The notes below the pieces were generated by a model. The model searched no databases. It was given only the letters and a program-made list of their open reading frames with translations, and was not told the DNA's origin. Shown here piece by piece: positions 39,727 to 49,644 of a stretch of DNA of 64,000 nt. Position numbers and translations under genes: made by a program. Origin of the DNA: Alphaproteobacteria bacterium (lineage in GTDB: Bacteria > Pseudomonadota > Alphaproteobacteria > SP197). The stretch covers positions 224,001 to 288,000 of the forward strand of contig OZ219917.1 in the NCBI GenBank assembly GCA_964291415.2, in the 5' to 3' direction. The stretch's first letter is position 1; every line of letters begins with the position of its first letter.

Positions 39727-41105
39727 GACTCGCGCCCAGGAGCCTTGCCGGCCAGCTCACGCTGCTGCTGCTGCTCGCCCTCGTCGCAGCCCAGGGCATT
39801 GCCGTCGCGCTGTTCGCCTGGGAGCGCATCGAGGCGCTGCGTCACGCGCACCGCGACGATGCCATCCAGCGCACGGCCACGGTGGCGCGGCTGCTCGCCG
39901 GCACGCCCCCGGCACTTCACGAGGCCGTCATCTCGGCGGCAAGCACCAAGCTCGTGCGGTTCTCGCTGACCGACGAGCCCGTCGTGGGCACGACGGGCAC
40001 CGGAGAACGCGCGGCCGCCATCGCCGACGATCTCTCCGCCGCGCTGGGCGCCCAGGCGGCGCAGATCCGGGTGGCGCCGCTCTGGACCCGGTACATGGAT
40101 GACGACGATGGCCGGGATGACGATCACGACGATGACGACCGCGACCACGAGCATTGGAAGCCCGACTGGTTCACGGCCTCCGTCGCCCTTGGCCACGGGC
40201 CCTGGCTGAACGTGGCAGTCGGACCTCGTCCCGGGGCACCGGCCTGGGGCGCGGCATTCGTTGCCGTCTTCCTGCTCTCGGCGCTGGGCATTGCGGCCGT
40301 GGCGGTCATCATGGGGCGGCGGATCGCAAGACCAATGCGGCGCCTGGCGGCGGCGGCCGGGCGTCTCGGCCGGGGCGAAGCGGTGGAGGATCTCTCCGAG
40401 GTCGGACCGGCGGAGACCCGGGACACGGTGAGGGCGTTCAACCTCATGCGCGAACGCCTCGACCGATACGTGCGTGACCGCACCGCCATGCTGGCCGCGG
40501 TCTCGCACGATCTGAAGACCCCGATCACGAGCCTGCGCCTGCATGCCGAATTCGTCGAGGACAAGGAGACCCGGGCGAGAATCCTCGCCGCGCTCGACGA
40601 GATGCAGCGCATGACCGAGGACGCGCTCGCGTTCATCCGCGAAGACATGCAACGCGAAGAGACGCGGACGGTGGATCTCCATGCACTTCTCGACAGCGTT
40701 GCCGCCGATCTCGCGGAACTGGGCCATGACATCGCAGTTGCCGACACCGACCGGGTCCTTGTCGCCTGCCGGGCGAGCGCGCTGCGCCGGGCGTTGCGCA
40801 ACCTCATGGAAAACGCGGCCGCCTATGGCGGACGGGCGACGGCGCGGATCGAACGGGACGACGAGGCCATCCGCATCGTCGTCGAGGACGAGGGTCCGGG
40901 CATCCCGGAGACGGATCTGGAGAGGGTGTTCGAGCCCTTCGTCCGGCTCGAGGCGTCACGGAACCGCGAGACGGGAGGCAGCGGGCTCGGGCTCGCCATC
41001 GCGCGCAGCATCGTGCGCGGCCACGGCGGCGACATCCGCCTGGCGAACCGCGCCGACGGCGGGCTGCGCGCGACAGTCGCGCTGCCGCAAGCAGAACGAT
41101 TGTGA
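39723..41105 (+). CDS. sensor histidine kinase (HAMP, HisKA, HATPase)
   Basis: Two TMs, SHDLKTP, NLMENA, DEGPG, GSGLGLAI. Confidence 0.95.
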   Translation: MRLAPRSLAGQLTLLLLLALVAAQGIAVALFAWERIEALRHAHRDDAIQRTATVARLLAGTPPALHEAVISAASTKLVRFSLTDEPVVGTTGTGERAAAIADDLSAALGAQAAQIRVAPLWTRYMDDDDGRDDDHDDDDRDHEHWKPDWFTASVALGHGPWLNVAVGPRPGAPAWGAAFVAVFLLSALGIAAVAVIMGRRIARPMRRLAAAAGRLGRGEAVEDLSEVGPAETRDTVRAFNLMRERLDRYVRDRTAMLAAVSHDLKTPITSLRLHAEFVEDKETRARILAALDEMQRMTEDALAFIREDMQREETRTVDLHALLDSVAADLAELGHDIAVADTDRVLVACRASALRRALRNLMENAAAYGGRATARIERDDEAIRIVVEDEGPGIPETDLERVFEPFVRLEASRNRETGGSGLGLAIARSIVRGHGGDIRLANRADGGLRATVALPQAERL

Positions 41106-41226
41106 TTGCCGAGAACCGGGTTGTGACGTGTTTGCAACTCGGAAGGTGGAATCCCTTGGTTCTACCGCAAACGTGGCCGACCGTTTCCCGAACCGTAGTG
41201 CAGGAATTCCCTCCGTCAGGCCACAG

Positions 41227-42222
41227 TTATCCGCGATCCCGCAACATTGCCTGACCGCGCGTGGTGAGCCTGTATCTCTGGTTTCGCGCCCTCGGTGATA
41301 CCGGGTTGGTCATTTCCACGTAGCCCCGCTCCAGGGCAGGCAGCAGGTACCGTCGCCGGAACGACTTGCGATCGTTCAGGCCAAGGAGATGAAGAATCTC
41401 GCGCCCCGACATCTCTCCCCGGAGAACGGAAAGCAGGCGTTGTACTTGGGGGGTTTCTTGGGGGGTTTGCTGGGGGGTCCTGAGAGCTTCGAGAATTGCC
41501 TCCAGCATGAAGACGATGAACGGGGTGCGCTCGCCCCTGGCAGAACTCTCCTGAATGGCCGTGTAGTAGTCGCCCTGGCGTGCGTGGACCATGCTCTCCA
41601 CGGGAATGTAGGCAAAGAGGGGATTCCAGCGCGTCAGGATCAACGTCTGCCAGAGGCGGCCCATGCGTCCGTTGCCATCCTCGAAGGGGTGGATGAACTC
41701 GAACTCGTAGTGGAACACCGAGCTGGCGATCAACGGATGCTCGCCCGTTCCACCCAGCCAGGAAAGCAGATTCGCCATGGCTCCGGAAACACGGTCAGCG
41801 GGTGGCGCAATGTGGTGCACGGTGCCGTCTGCGGCCACAACGGCCCCTGATCGCCGATAGCGACCGGGAACGTCGAGAAGTCCGGCCATGAGCGTCTCGT
41901 GAGCGGTGAAGAGATCGGCCTCGTTCGCCGGGTCCCACTGCGGGAACATGTCATAGGCGGCCAGCGCATTGCGCGCTTCCCGGATTTCCCGCGGTGGCGC
42001 GATGACCGGCCTTCCCTCGAGGATTGTCGCGATCTGGTCCTCGCTGAGCCTGTTGCCTTCAATCGCCAGCGATCCCCGGATCGTGCGGATGCGGTTGATG
42101 CGCCGCAGGTGCAGATTCTCGCCCTCGGCACGTGATTCCGCCCGGCCGAGCGCTTCGCCGATCCGGACGGCAAGGGTGGATATGGCCGGGGTGACTGTGT
42201 AGGGCGGTGGCGTGGGTGTCAT
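41227..42222 (-). CDS. Fic family protein with C-terminal HTH
   Basis: SLAIEGN inhibitory motif and HPFEDGNGRMGR active site. Confidence 0.93.
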   Translation of the reverse strand: MTPTPPPYTVTPAISTLAVRIGEALGRAESRAEGENLHLRRINRIRTIRGSLAIEGNRLSEDQIATILEGRPVIAPPREIREARNALAAYDMFPQWDPANEADLFTAHETLMAGLLDVPGRYRRSGAVVAADGTVHHIAPPADRVSGAMANLLSWLGGTGEHPLIASSVFHYEFEFIHPFEDGNGRMGRLWQTLILTRWNPLFAYIPVESMVHARQGDYYTAIQESSARGERTPFIVFMLEAILEALRTPQQTPQETPQVQRLLSVLRGEMSGREILHLLGLNDRKSFRRRYLLPALERGYVEMTNPVSPRARNQRYRLTTRGQAMLRDRG

Positions 42223-42725
42223 GCGCCGGGCTCTCCGGAAACCCTTTCGTTGACATCGTCCATGCAAGCGGCATTGCGGAAAAAGGTGATGCGCCCAAGG
42301 TCGATCGGCCCGGGAGCCGGCATCGCGGTCTGTTGCGAGTCATGGTTCCTGCAAGCGCCCACAAACAACGGAACCCGCCACCGCATCCTGTTCCCTCTTG
42401 TCATTTCGCAAGGAATGGCCATGGTGAGACATTGAGGGTTTTCTTGTTGAAAATCAAGATATTTTGTCTATTCGAACCATGGACATGGACTGACCAATCG
42501 CCGGAGTGTGGCACCATTTCCCCTATGGTCACCACGGATCCGGCAAGTCGCGGGGTCAGATCAGCACGACAGAATGCCTGCACCCGTTTCGGGATCTGAT
42601 GCCGGCAATCGCGTCGGCTGTGGCGGCTAGCGCTGCCGGCGCTTTTTCGTGTTCAAGATCGATTGGAGTTCGGTCGCCATCGCCGCCTCGATGGTCTTTC
42701 TTCGTGCCATTCCTTACGCTGGTCA

Positions 42726-43167
42726 TTACCTCATCCCTTCGGGAGTGGATTGATCACGATCAAGTCAGGGAAACACGAGAAAACCCGGTCAACTGACCAC
42801 AGGACTCGCACTCCGTGAATAGACACTGCGCGGCCACCCGAGCATCGGGCACGAGTGCGCCCTGCAGGAGAGGCGGTCGGACGATCTGCTCAAGCGCATC
42901 CAGGTAGCCATCACCCTCAGCTAGGAACCCGCTGGAAAGGCTCGCGAAGAGCCGCCTTGCGGCATCCAGGACCACATCAATCGGCGTGGGATCCCGGAAG
43001 ATACGCGGGTTGGAGACCACCGCAAGAAACTCGTGGGCACGGGGCCAGGGAACATACCGGTTCCGGTGCAGCGACTGCTTCCGTCAGGACCTGTCGAGCA
43101 CGCTCATGGACGGGCATTTCAGGGCGATGCGCGCACACGAAGGGGCTTGTGTCGACAGAGCGATCAC
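42726..43167 (-). pseudogene. vapC: frameshifted VapC/PIN toxin
   Basis: Segments VDTS..AHR, HEFLAVVSNPRIF..P, DARVAA, ending VINPL are spread over different frames. GTG overlaps the antitoxin stop. Confidence 0.82.
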
Positions 43168-43409
43168 ACGCCGCGTCCACAATAGATCTCATCGCGAGTC
43201 CGGCTCCAGGGCGCACCCCGGAATTCGTCAGTGAGGCCGTCGCCGCCGTAGCTCGGAAAGTCGAGCTGGCGGTGCGCCGTCCGTCGCCGGGCCTCGATGC
43301 TGCGCTGCAGACCTTCTTCAACCAACGCACGGAGCGTGGCGCCCTCCCTCTGGGCCACACGGCGCGCCTGCTCGATCAACGCCTCAGGAAGCTCGAAGGT
43401 GGTCTTCAT
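43164..43409 (-). CDS. vapB: VapB-type RHH antitoxin
   Basis: MKTTFELPEALIEQARRVAQREGATLRALVEEGL, directly upstream of the PIN relic. Confidence 0.85.
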   Translation of the reverse strand: MKTTFELPEALIEQARRVAQREGATLRALVEEGLQRSIEARRRTAHRQLDFPSYGGDGLTDEFRGAPWSRTRDEIYCGRGV

Positions 43410-43536
43410 AGGGGTCTTCCATATCAAGGTTGGACCCTACTTCTTTTCTCTGTCCACGGCGAACCGTGGAGTCAGGTGTCGACGTGCGGTTGTCCGCGCT
43501 CGTGGATCCGGGCCGCCAGGTCGACAGGACCCGGAA

Positions 43537-43776
43537 GGCCACCATGCCATCCTGACTGCCAATGCGGTGACGCAGGCGGCAGCGCGTGCCTTCGGCAGAA
43601 CCGGGTCGAAGTGCGAGGGGCGATGGCGGCATCGGGAGCTTCGGCAGACGTCCTTCACCGCCTGGTTTCCCGTCGAACCCGTCCGCCGACGACCGTTCCA
43701 TGTCGTCAACTCGATGCGGTGACAGCGGGACACCTGGTGGCGTTTATCGAACACAAGGTGATCGTCAATTCCTTCG
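43537..43776 (+). pseudogene. glucose-6-phosphate isomerase C-terminal relic
   Basis: HHAILTANAVTQAAARAFGRT and, in another frame, RPPTTV..QLDAVTAGHLVAFIEHKVIVNSF resemble the Pgi C-terminus. Confidence 0.6.
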
Positions 43777-43902
43777 TCCGGCGCGCAGCTGCAGGCTCTG
43801 CCCATATCGCTGGCGGGCGCGGAAACGGAGGAACTCGACGAATCCTTGCGCCGGCTGATCGCTCGTCTCGGTCATCTGGGCAGGGACTGACCTGTCGCCG
43901 GG

Positions 43903-45945
43903 TCACAGCACCCGGCACAGCCTGTTGGCGTCGAGCAGGGCGGCATGGATGTCGCGCGGCGCCAGGGCATCCCCGATCCTGAAGAGGCGGAACGCGCCGT
44001 CGGCATTCGGCGTGAGCGTCTGCGGCGCGATGGCCACCAGGGCCTCGTGATCGACGTCGCCGAGGTTGACCGACCGGTCCCGCAGGTCGTCGAACACGTC
44101 CGTCACGGAACGCACCCCGGAATCGGCGATCACCACGTCGGCCGCCACGTCCTCGGTCCGGCGCGTATAGGCGTGACGTAGACGGGCGACGTAGCGATTG
44201 CCCTGGCGGCGGACGCCGACAAGCGTCCTGTCGGTGAGGATCGCGGCGCCGGCCGAAACAAGATTGCGCAGATAGATCGGCACGTTCTGCACGCCGAGCG
44301 CCCGCCCGGCATGACGGTCCGCGGTCACGAAGGTGAGGGCTTGCGCCGAACCCGCCAGGGTATCGGCAAGCGAGAGAGCGCCGTGGCCGCCCGTGACATC
44401 GGTGATGACGACGTGGCCGGCGGGCCGGTGTCCTGCCGCGAGGGCGTCCCAGACCGTCGTGACATGCTCGCCGCCGCCTTCCGCCAGATCGGTCTCCGGC
44501 ACCCCGCCCGTGGCCACGACCACGATATCGGCATCGAGACGGGCGAAGTCATCGCCTTCGACAAATGTGCCGGTGCGCACGTCGACGCCGGCATGGCCAA
44601 CCTCGCGAGCGAGCCAGTCGACGATGCCGATCATGTCGCGCCGCCATCCGGCCGCCGCGGCAAGCAGGACCTGACCTCCGGGCCGCGGGGCGGCTTCGAA
44701 GAGCGTGACGGCATGGCCGCGAAGGGCCAGAACCCGGGAGGCCTCAAGACCGGCCGGGCCACCGCCCACCACCACGGCCCGCCCGGGCACGCCGGCGCTC
44801 GCGATCCCGGCATCGAGCCAGGACTCGCGGCCCGTGGAGACGTTGTGCTGACACAGGGCGTCCCGGCCGCCGTAGATCCTGTCGAGGCAGTATCCCGCAC
44901 CGACGCAGGGGCGAATGCGCTCCGCCTCGCCGCGCGTAAGCTTGTTGACGATGTCCGGATCCGCCATGTGCGGGCGTGTCATGCCGGCCATGTCGACATG
45001 GCCTTCAGAAATGGCCCAGTCGGCAGTCGCCGGATCGGCGAGCCGTGCAGCCTGCAGCGTCACGAGGCCGCTGGCCTCGCGCACCCTGCCTGCCAGCTCG
45101 ATGTAGGGGGCAACCGGCCAGGCCATGCCGGGCATGGTTTCCGTCAGGCCCATGTCGGTCCCGCCATAGGCTCCGTTGACGTTGACGATATCGGCAACAC
45201 CGTGGCGGCCGATCATGCGCGCGATCGCGATCCCTTCCTCGGCCGTCAGCCCGTTCTCGTTGCTCTCGTCGGCACTGAACCTGACGCTGACGAGAATGTC
45301 GTCGCCCGCCGACGCGCGGCAGGCCTCGAGAACCTCAAAAAGGAAGCGCGCCCGGTTGGCAAGGTCGCCGCCATAGGCGTCCTGGCGGTCGTTGGAGAGT
45401 GGCGACAGGAACTGGCCCGCCAGGTGGGTCGACGCCAGGATCTCGACGCCATCGAGCCCGCCTTCCCGGCAACGCCGCGCCGCATCGCCAAAGTCCCGGA
45501 CAATGCGCGCGATTTCCCGCGAGGACAGGGCATAGGGAACGGAATGGTGAGCCGGGTCGCGGAACGCCGAAGGTCCCCTGGTCGGCAACCAGTCACCGGA
45601 ATCCCAGGTGGTGCGGCGGCCCATGTGGGTGATCTGGCACATCAGGCCCGCGCCATGGCGGTGAACGCGGCGCGAGAGTTCCCGGAACGCCGGAATCACC
45701 CGGTCGTCGCCGACATAGATCTGCCCATAGATGGAGCCGGAATCGCGCGAGACGTTCGACGAGCCGCCGAACATGGTAAGGCCGATGCCGCCCCTGGCCT
45801 TGGCCTCGTGATAGGCCTGGTAGCGATCCCCCGGCAGCCCATCCACCGCATACCCCGGTGCATGGGCGCTCGAGAAGACCCGGTTGCGGAAAGTGTGTCC
45901 GCGGATGGTGATGGGCGACAGCAGGTGCCGATGGGTAGTCACCAC
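43903..45945 (-). CDS. NADH:flavin oxidoreductase (OYE + Fe-S + FAD), StcD/HpbA/DgcA N-demethylase-like
   Basis: RNRVFSSAH, QITHMGRRT.WD.GDWLP, RPCVGAGYCLD..CQHN, VVGGGPAGLE, IGDALAPR. Confidence 0.9.
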   Translation of the reverse strand: MVTTHRHLLSPITIRGHTFRNRVFSSAHAPGYAVDGLPGDRYQAYHEAKARGGIGLTMFGGSSNVSRDSGSIYGQIYVGDDRVIPAFRELSRRVHRHGAGLMCQITHMGRRTTWDSGDWLPTRGPSAFRDPAHHSVPYALSSREIARIVRDFGDAARRCREGGLDGVEILASTHLAGQFLSPLSNDRQDAYGGDLANRARFLFEVLEACRASAGDDILVSVRFSADESNENGLTAEEGIAIARMIGRHGVADIVNVNGAYGGTDMGLTETMPGMAWPVAPYIELAGRVREASGLVTLQAARLADPATADWAISEGHVDMAGMTRPHMADPDIVNKLTRGEAERIRPCVGAGYCLDRIYGGRDALCQHNVSTGRESWLDAGIASAGVPGRAVVVGGGPAGLEASRVLALRGHAVTLFEAAPRPGGQVLLAAAAGWRRDMIGIVDWLAREVGHAGVDVRTGTFVEGDDFARLDADIVVVATGGVPETDLAEGGGEHVTTVWDALAAGHRPAGHVVITDVTGGHGALSLADTLAGSAQALTFVTADRHAGRALGVQNVPIYLRNLVSAGAAILTDRTLVGVRRQGNRYVARLRHAYTRRTEDVAADVVIADSGVRSVTDVFDDLRDRSVNLGDVDHEALVAIAPQTLTPNADGAFRLFRIGDALAPRDIHAALLDANRLCRVL

Positions 45946-46167
45946 CAGATCTCCCTTTCTCCGGGGCCGATACCCGGGCGTGCGCATAGTGCCTGCCCGT
46001 GGTGACGGGTGCCAGACGTCATGGTGGGGACGAAGCGGTTCGGCAGGAACGATCGATGCCCGACTGCGTTCCCGGTTCGACCAGAAAGCGCGCCCTTTCC
46101 TGGTGACGTCAAGGGGCGGAGTCTTGACATTCCGGGGCATCGCACCTACATCGGCGCTTCCCGTTGG

Positions 46168-46243
<76 letters not shown>

Positions 46244-46354
46244 GAACTCCTGTCATCTCTCCGGTTCCGTGCGTTCCGTGGGACGTGGGCGCGTTGTGGT
46301 TTCTTTCCCGGAATCTGGTATCCTTGCCGCTTCAATGAAGGGAGGAAACAACTC

Positions 46355-47476
46355 ATGGAATCACGTGATCCCGTCGATCAACTTCTCTCGGGAAGGATGG
46401 ATCGACGCACTTTTCAGAACACGCTCGGTACACTCGGCATTGGCGTGGCCGCCATGCCTCTTGTCCCGAATGCTGCGGTCGCGCAGGAGGACGAAGCGAA
46501 CTTCTTCACCTGGGCCGGCTACGAACTCCCGGAGTTCCACCAGTCCTATCTGGACAAGTACGGGGCCTCTCCCAACATCACGTTCTTTGCCGGTACGACC
46601 GAAGCCAAGAACAAGATCCACGCCGGTTACAAGACCGACATCGGCCACCCCTGTTCGGGAGGCGTCACGGAGTGGTACGCCTCCGGCATCATCGTGCCTT
46701 TCGACACGGACCGCCTGAAGCACTGGCCTGACTACTTCGAGGCCCTGAGGAACATCGGGACCACCCTGACCGAAGAAGGCGAGAACCTCTTCGTTCCGTT
46801 TGACTGGGGCAATTCCTCGGTCCTCTATCGCACCGACCTCGTGGAAATGGAGGAGGAATCCTGGAGCCTGCTGTTCGACCCGCGATACAAGGGCAAGCTG
46901 GCGACCTACGATTCACCGCAGGCCGGCGTGCAGGTGGCGGCCCAGGTGCTGGGCTTCGAGAACCTGGACTCCCTGAGCGACGAACAGCTGCTGGAGGTGA
47001 GGAAACTCCTCGAACAGCAGCGCGACGTGTTGCGGTTCTACTGGGAGAGCCAGTCCGAGGCAGGTCAGGCCATGGTCGCCGGCGAGCTCGTGGCGACCTA
47101 CGCCTGGAACGATCTCTACAAGACGGTTGCCGACCAGGGGCTGCCGGTCAAGTACATGTCGCCCAAGGAAGGGGCGCGCAACTGGGTCTGCGGCTTCGTT
47201 CTCACCGCTCCCGAGAGCCGCGTGGCCAGCGACGAGCGTGTCTACGATTTCCTGGACGCCATGATGTCACCGGAATCGGGCGCCTATCTGATCGAGAACT
47301 ACCGCTATGGCGCCTCCAACATGAAGTCCTTCGATCTCGCCTCAGCGGAGGCCATTGCGGAATCCGGTCTCACCGACCCCGAGGCCTTCATAGCGAAGGG
47401 CATCCTGGCGCCCATTCCTCCCGAGTTCGACGAAAAGTACGTCAACCTGTGGGAAGAGGTGAAACTCGGCATGTAG
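46355..47476 (+). CDS. PotD/PotF-family ABC substrate-binding protein (orphan, Tat-like signal)
   Basis: DRRTF, FTWAGYE, PFDWGNSS, SWSLLFD, PKEG. SD GGAGG. Confidence 0.9.
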   Translation: MESRDPVDQLLSGRMDRRTFQNTLGTLGIGVAAMPLVPNAAVAQEDEANFFTWAGYELPEFHQSYLDKYGASPNITFFAGTTEAKNKIHAGYKTDIGHPCSGGVTEWYASGIIVPFDTDRLKHWPDYFEALRNIGTTLTEEGENLFVPFDWGNSSVLYRTDLVEMEEESWSLLFDPRYKGKLATYDSPQAGVQVAAQVLGFENLDSLSDEQLLEVRKLLEQQRDVLRFYWESQSEAGQAMVAGELVATYAWNDLYKTVADQGLPVKYMSPKEGARNWVCGFVLTAPESRVASDERVYDFLDAMMSPESGAYLIENYRYGASNMKSFDLASAEAIAESGLTDPEAFIAKGILAPIPPEFDEKYVNLWEEVKLGM

Positions 47477-47503
47477 ATGCACACGACGCATCTGACTGTT
47501 TGC

Positions 47504-47537
47504 AGGGGCCCTGGATGTTTCAGGGCCCCTTTTTCTT
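47504..47537 (+). terminator. rho-independent terminator
   Basis: AGGGGCCCTG-7 nt-CAGGGCCCCT followed by TTTTCTT. Confidence 0.85.
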
Positions 47538-47581
47538 GAAGAGACGGTCCGGACACATGACCGTTCTCGGGTCCATGCCGA

Positions 47582-49396
47582 TCACGGGTCCCGGTTCGGG
47601 AGGTCTTCGATCTCGTTCAGCGCCGCCAGGAAAACCTCGCCGTAGCGCGCCAGCTTGCCGGCGCCCACGCCGTGGCAGGCGGCGAGCGCATCCAGGTTTC
47701 CCGGTTTGCGGGACGCCATGTCCATCAGGCTGCGGTCGTGGAAGATCACGTAGGCCGGCACGCCTTCCTCCCTGGCGATGTCCAGTCGCAGCCGCTTGAG
47801 GCGGCCGAACAGCGTCTGATCAAGCTCTCCGGGCGCCTCTGCGGCGCGGCCCCTCTGCCTTCGCCGGCCTGCCGTTTCGCCGTGCAGTGCCACGCTCTCG
47901 TCGCCTCGGAGCACGGCATGCCCGCGGCTTCCCGGCTTCAGGGCGCCGTAGCCGCCGATATCGATCTTCAGCACGTCGGCTGCCACCAGCTGGCGCAGAT
48001 AGGAGCGCCAGAGCGTCCTGTCGATGTCCGCGCCGACGCCAAAGGTCACCAACTGCTCGTGACGGTGCTGGAGCACCTTGCCCGTCGCTTCGCCCCGCAA
48101 CACGGCGATCAGGTGTTCGGCGCCGAAACGCTCGCCGGTGCGCAGGACGGCAGACAGGGCCTTCTGCGCAATCACCGTGCCATCGACCGTCTCGACCGGT
48201 TCAAGACAGCGGTCGCAGTTGCCGCACGACTCGCATGGCTCGCCGAAATAGCCGAGCAGCGCCTGACGCCGGCAGCCGGCGGTCTCGCACAGGGCCAGCA
48301 GCGCGTTGAGCCGCTGGTGATCGACCCGCTTGACCTCGTCGGGGCGGTCGGAATCGTCGATCATCAGGCGGCGGATACGGATGTCGTCCATGCCATAGAG
48401 CATGAGGGTTTCCGCCGGCTCGCCGTCACGTCCGGCCCGTCCGATTTCCTGGTAGTACGCCTCGACGGTCGACGGCAGGTTGGCGTGGACGACAAACCGG
48501 ATGTCCGGCTTGTCGATACCCATGCCGAAGGCGATGGTCGCCACCATGACGACACCGTCCTCGGTCAGGAACCGGTCCTGGTTCCTGTCCCGGTCGATCT
48601 GGTCCATGCCGGCGTGATAGGGGAGCGCCACCCTCCCCCGCGACGAGATGCGCTCCGCCGTCCGCTCCGCCTCCTTGCGCGACAGGGTGTAGACGATGCC
48701 GGCCCGACCGGCATACCGGTCCAGGAGATCGTCGATCTGCCGCGCCCCGGACCTTCGCGGCGCGATGCCGATACGCAGGTTCGGACGGTCGAAGCCGGCC
48801 ACGAAGACCCTCGCCTGTCCGCCGAACAGCCGCTCGACGATGTCCTGGCGTGTCACCGCATCCGCCGTCGCCGTGAAGGCGCTCAGCATGGCATCGGGAA
48901 AGTGTTCCGGCAGTTCCGCAAGGCGGCGATAGTCGGGCCGGAAGTCGTGGCCCCACTGGGAAATGCAATGGGCTTCGTCGATGGCAAACCGCGCCGGATG
49001 GCAGCGGGCGAGTCCTTCCAGAGTCTCCGGAACCATCAGCCGCTCCGGTGAGATGTAGAGGAGGCGCAGCAGGCCGTCACGCAGCAGGCGGTGGGTCTCC
49101 ACGGCATCGGCTCGCGGAGTCGCCGAATTGAGGGCGCCTGCCGCCACGCCATTGAGACGCAGGGCCGCGACCTGGTCGCGCATCAGGGCGATGAGCGGCG
49201 AGACGACGACGGTCAGGCTTTCGCACGCCAGTGCCGGAATCTGGTAGCACAACGACTTTCCGGCGCCGGTCGGCATCACGGCCAGCACGTTCTCGCCCGC
49301 CAGCAACGCCGCGACGATGTCCGCCTGACCCGGCCGGAAGTCGTCGTAGCCGAAAGTGCTGTTGAGGACCGCACGGGCGGCGTCGAGAGTCGTCAC
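47582..49396 (-). CDS. recQ: DNA helicase RecQ
   Basis: MPTGAGKSLCYQIP, DEAHCISQWGHDFRP, ATIAFGMGIDK, RQC Cys cluster, HRDC PAYVIFHD. Confidence 0.97.
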   Translation of the reverse strand: MTTLDAARAVLNSTFGYDDFRPGQADIVAALLAGENVLAVMPTGAGKSLCYQIPALACESLTVVVSPLIALMRDQVAALRLNGVAAGALNSATPRADAVETHRLLRDGLLRLLYISPERLMVPETLEGLARCHPARFAIDEAHCISQWGHDFRPDYRRLAELPEHFPDAMLSAFTATADAVTRQDIVERLFGGQARVFVAGFDRPNLRIGIAPRRSGARQIDDLLDRYAGRAGIVYTLSRKEAERTAERISSRGRVALPYHAGMDQIDRDRNQDRFLTEDGVVMVATIAFGMGIDKPDIRFVVHANLPSTVEAYYQEIGRAGRDGEPAETLMLYGMDDIRIRRLMIDDSDRPDEVKRVDHQRLNALLALCETAGCRRQALLGYFGEPCESCGNCDRCLEPVETVDGTVIAQKALSAVLRTGERFGAEHLIAVLRGEATGKVLQHRHEQLVTFGVGADIDRTLWRSYLRQLVAADVLKIDIGGYGALKPGSRGHAVLRGDESVALHGETAGRRRQRGRAAEAPGELDQTLFGRLKRLRLDIAREEGVPAYVIFHDRSLMDMASRKPGNLDALAACHGVGAGKLARYGEVFLAALNEIEDLPNRDP

Positions 49397-49644
49397 GTGG
49401 TTTTGCTGGAATTGAACCGGGTCACAATACCGCCTCCTCCGGCACATGAGAACGGCGGCATCCGTGACCATGCATCCCGAGGTCGGCATGGACAGTACTG
49501 CCGAGATTCGGTGGACTCATGCTCCGTCTGTCTGTGGCCGCGCCGCCGGCCCGATATCGGATTGTGCGCCGCATGTCGCTCAAGGGTCCGGCAGCGGGTC
49601 CGTCACAGCTCCCTGCAGTGGGCGGAAGTCCGGTTCGGTCCGCG

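Noticed and set aside
42407-42718. Possible MITE bounded by ~13-bp imperfect IRs (CGCAAGGAATGGC / GCCATTCCTTACG)
   Set aside because: Single copy, no clear target duplication, no transposase; could be chance.
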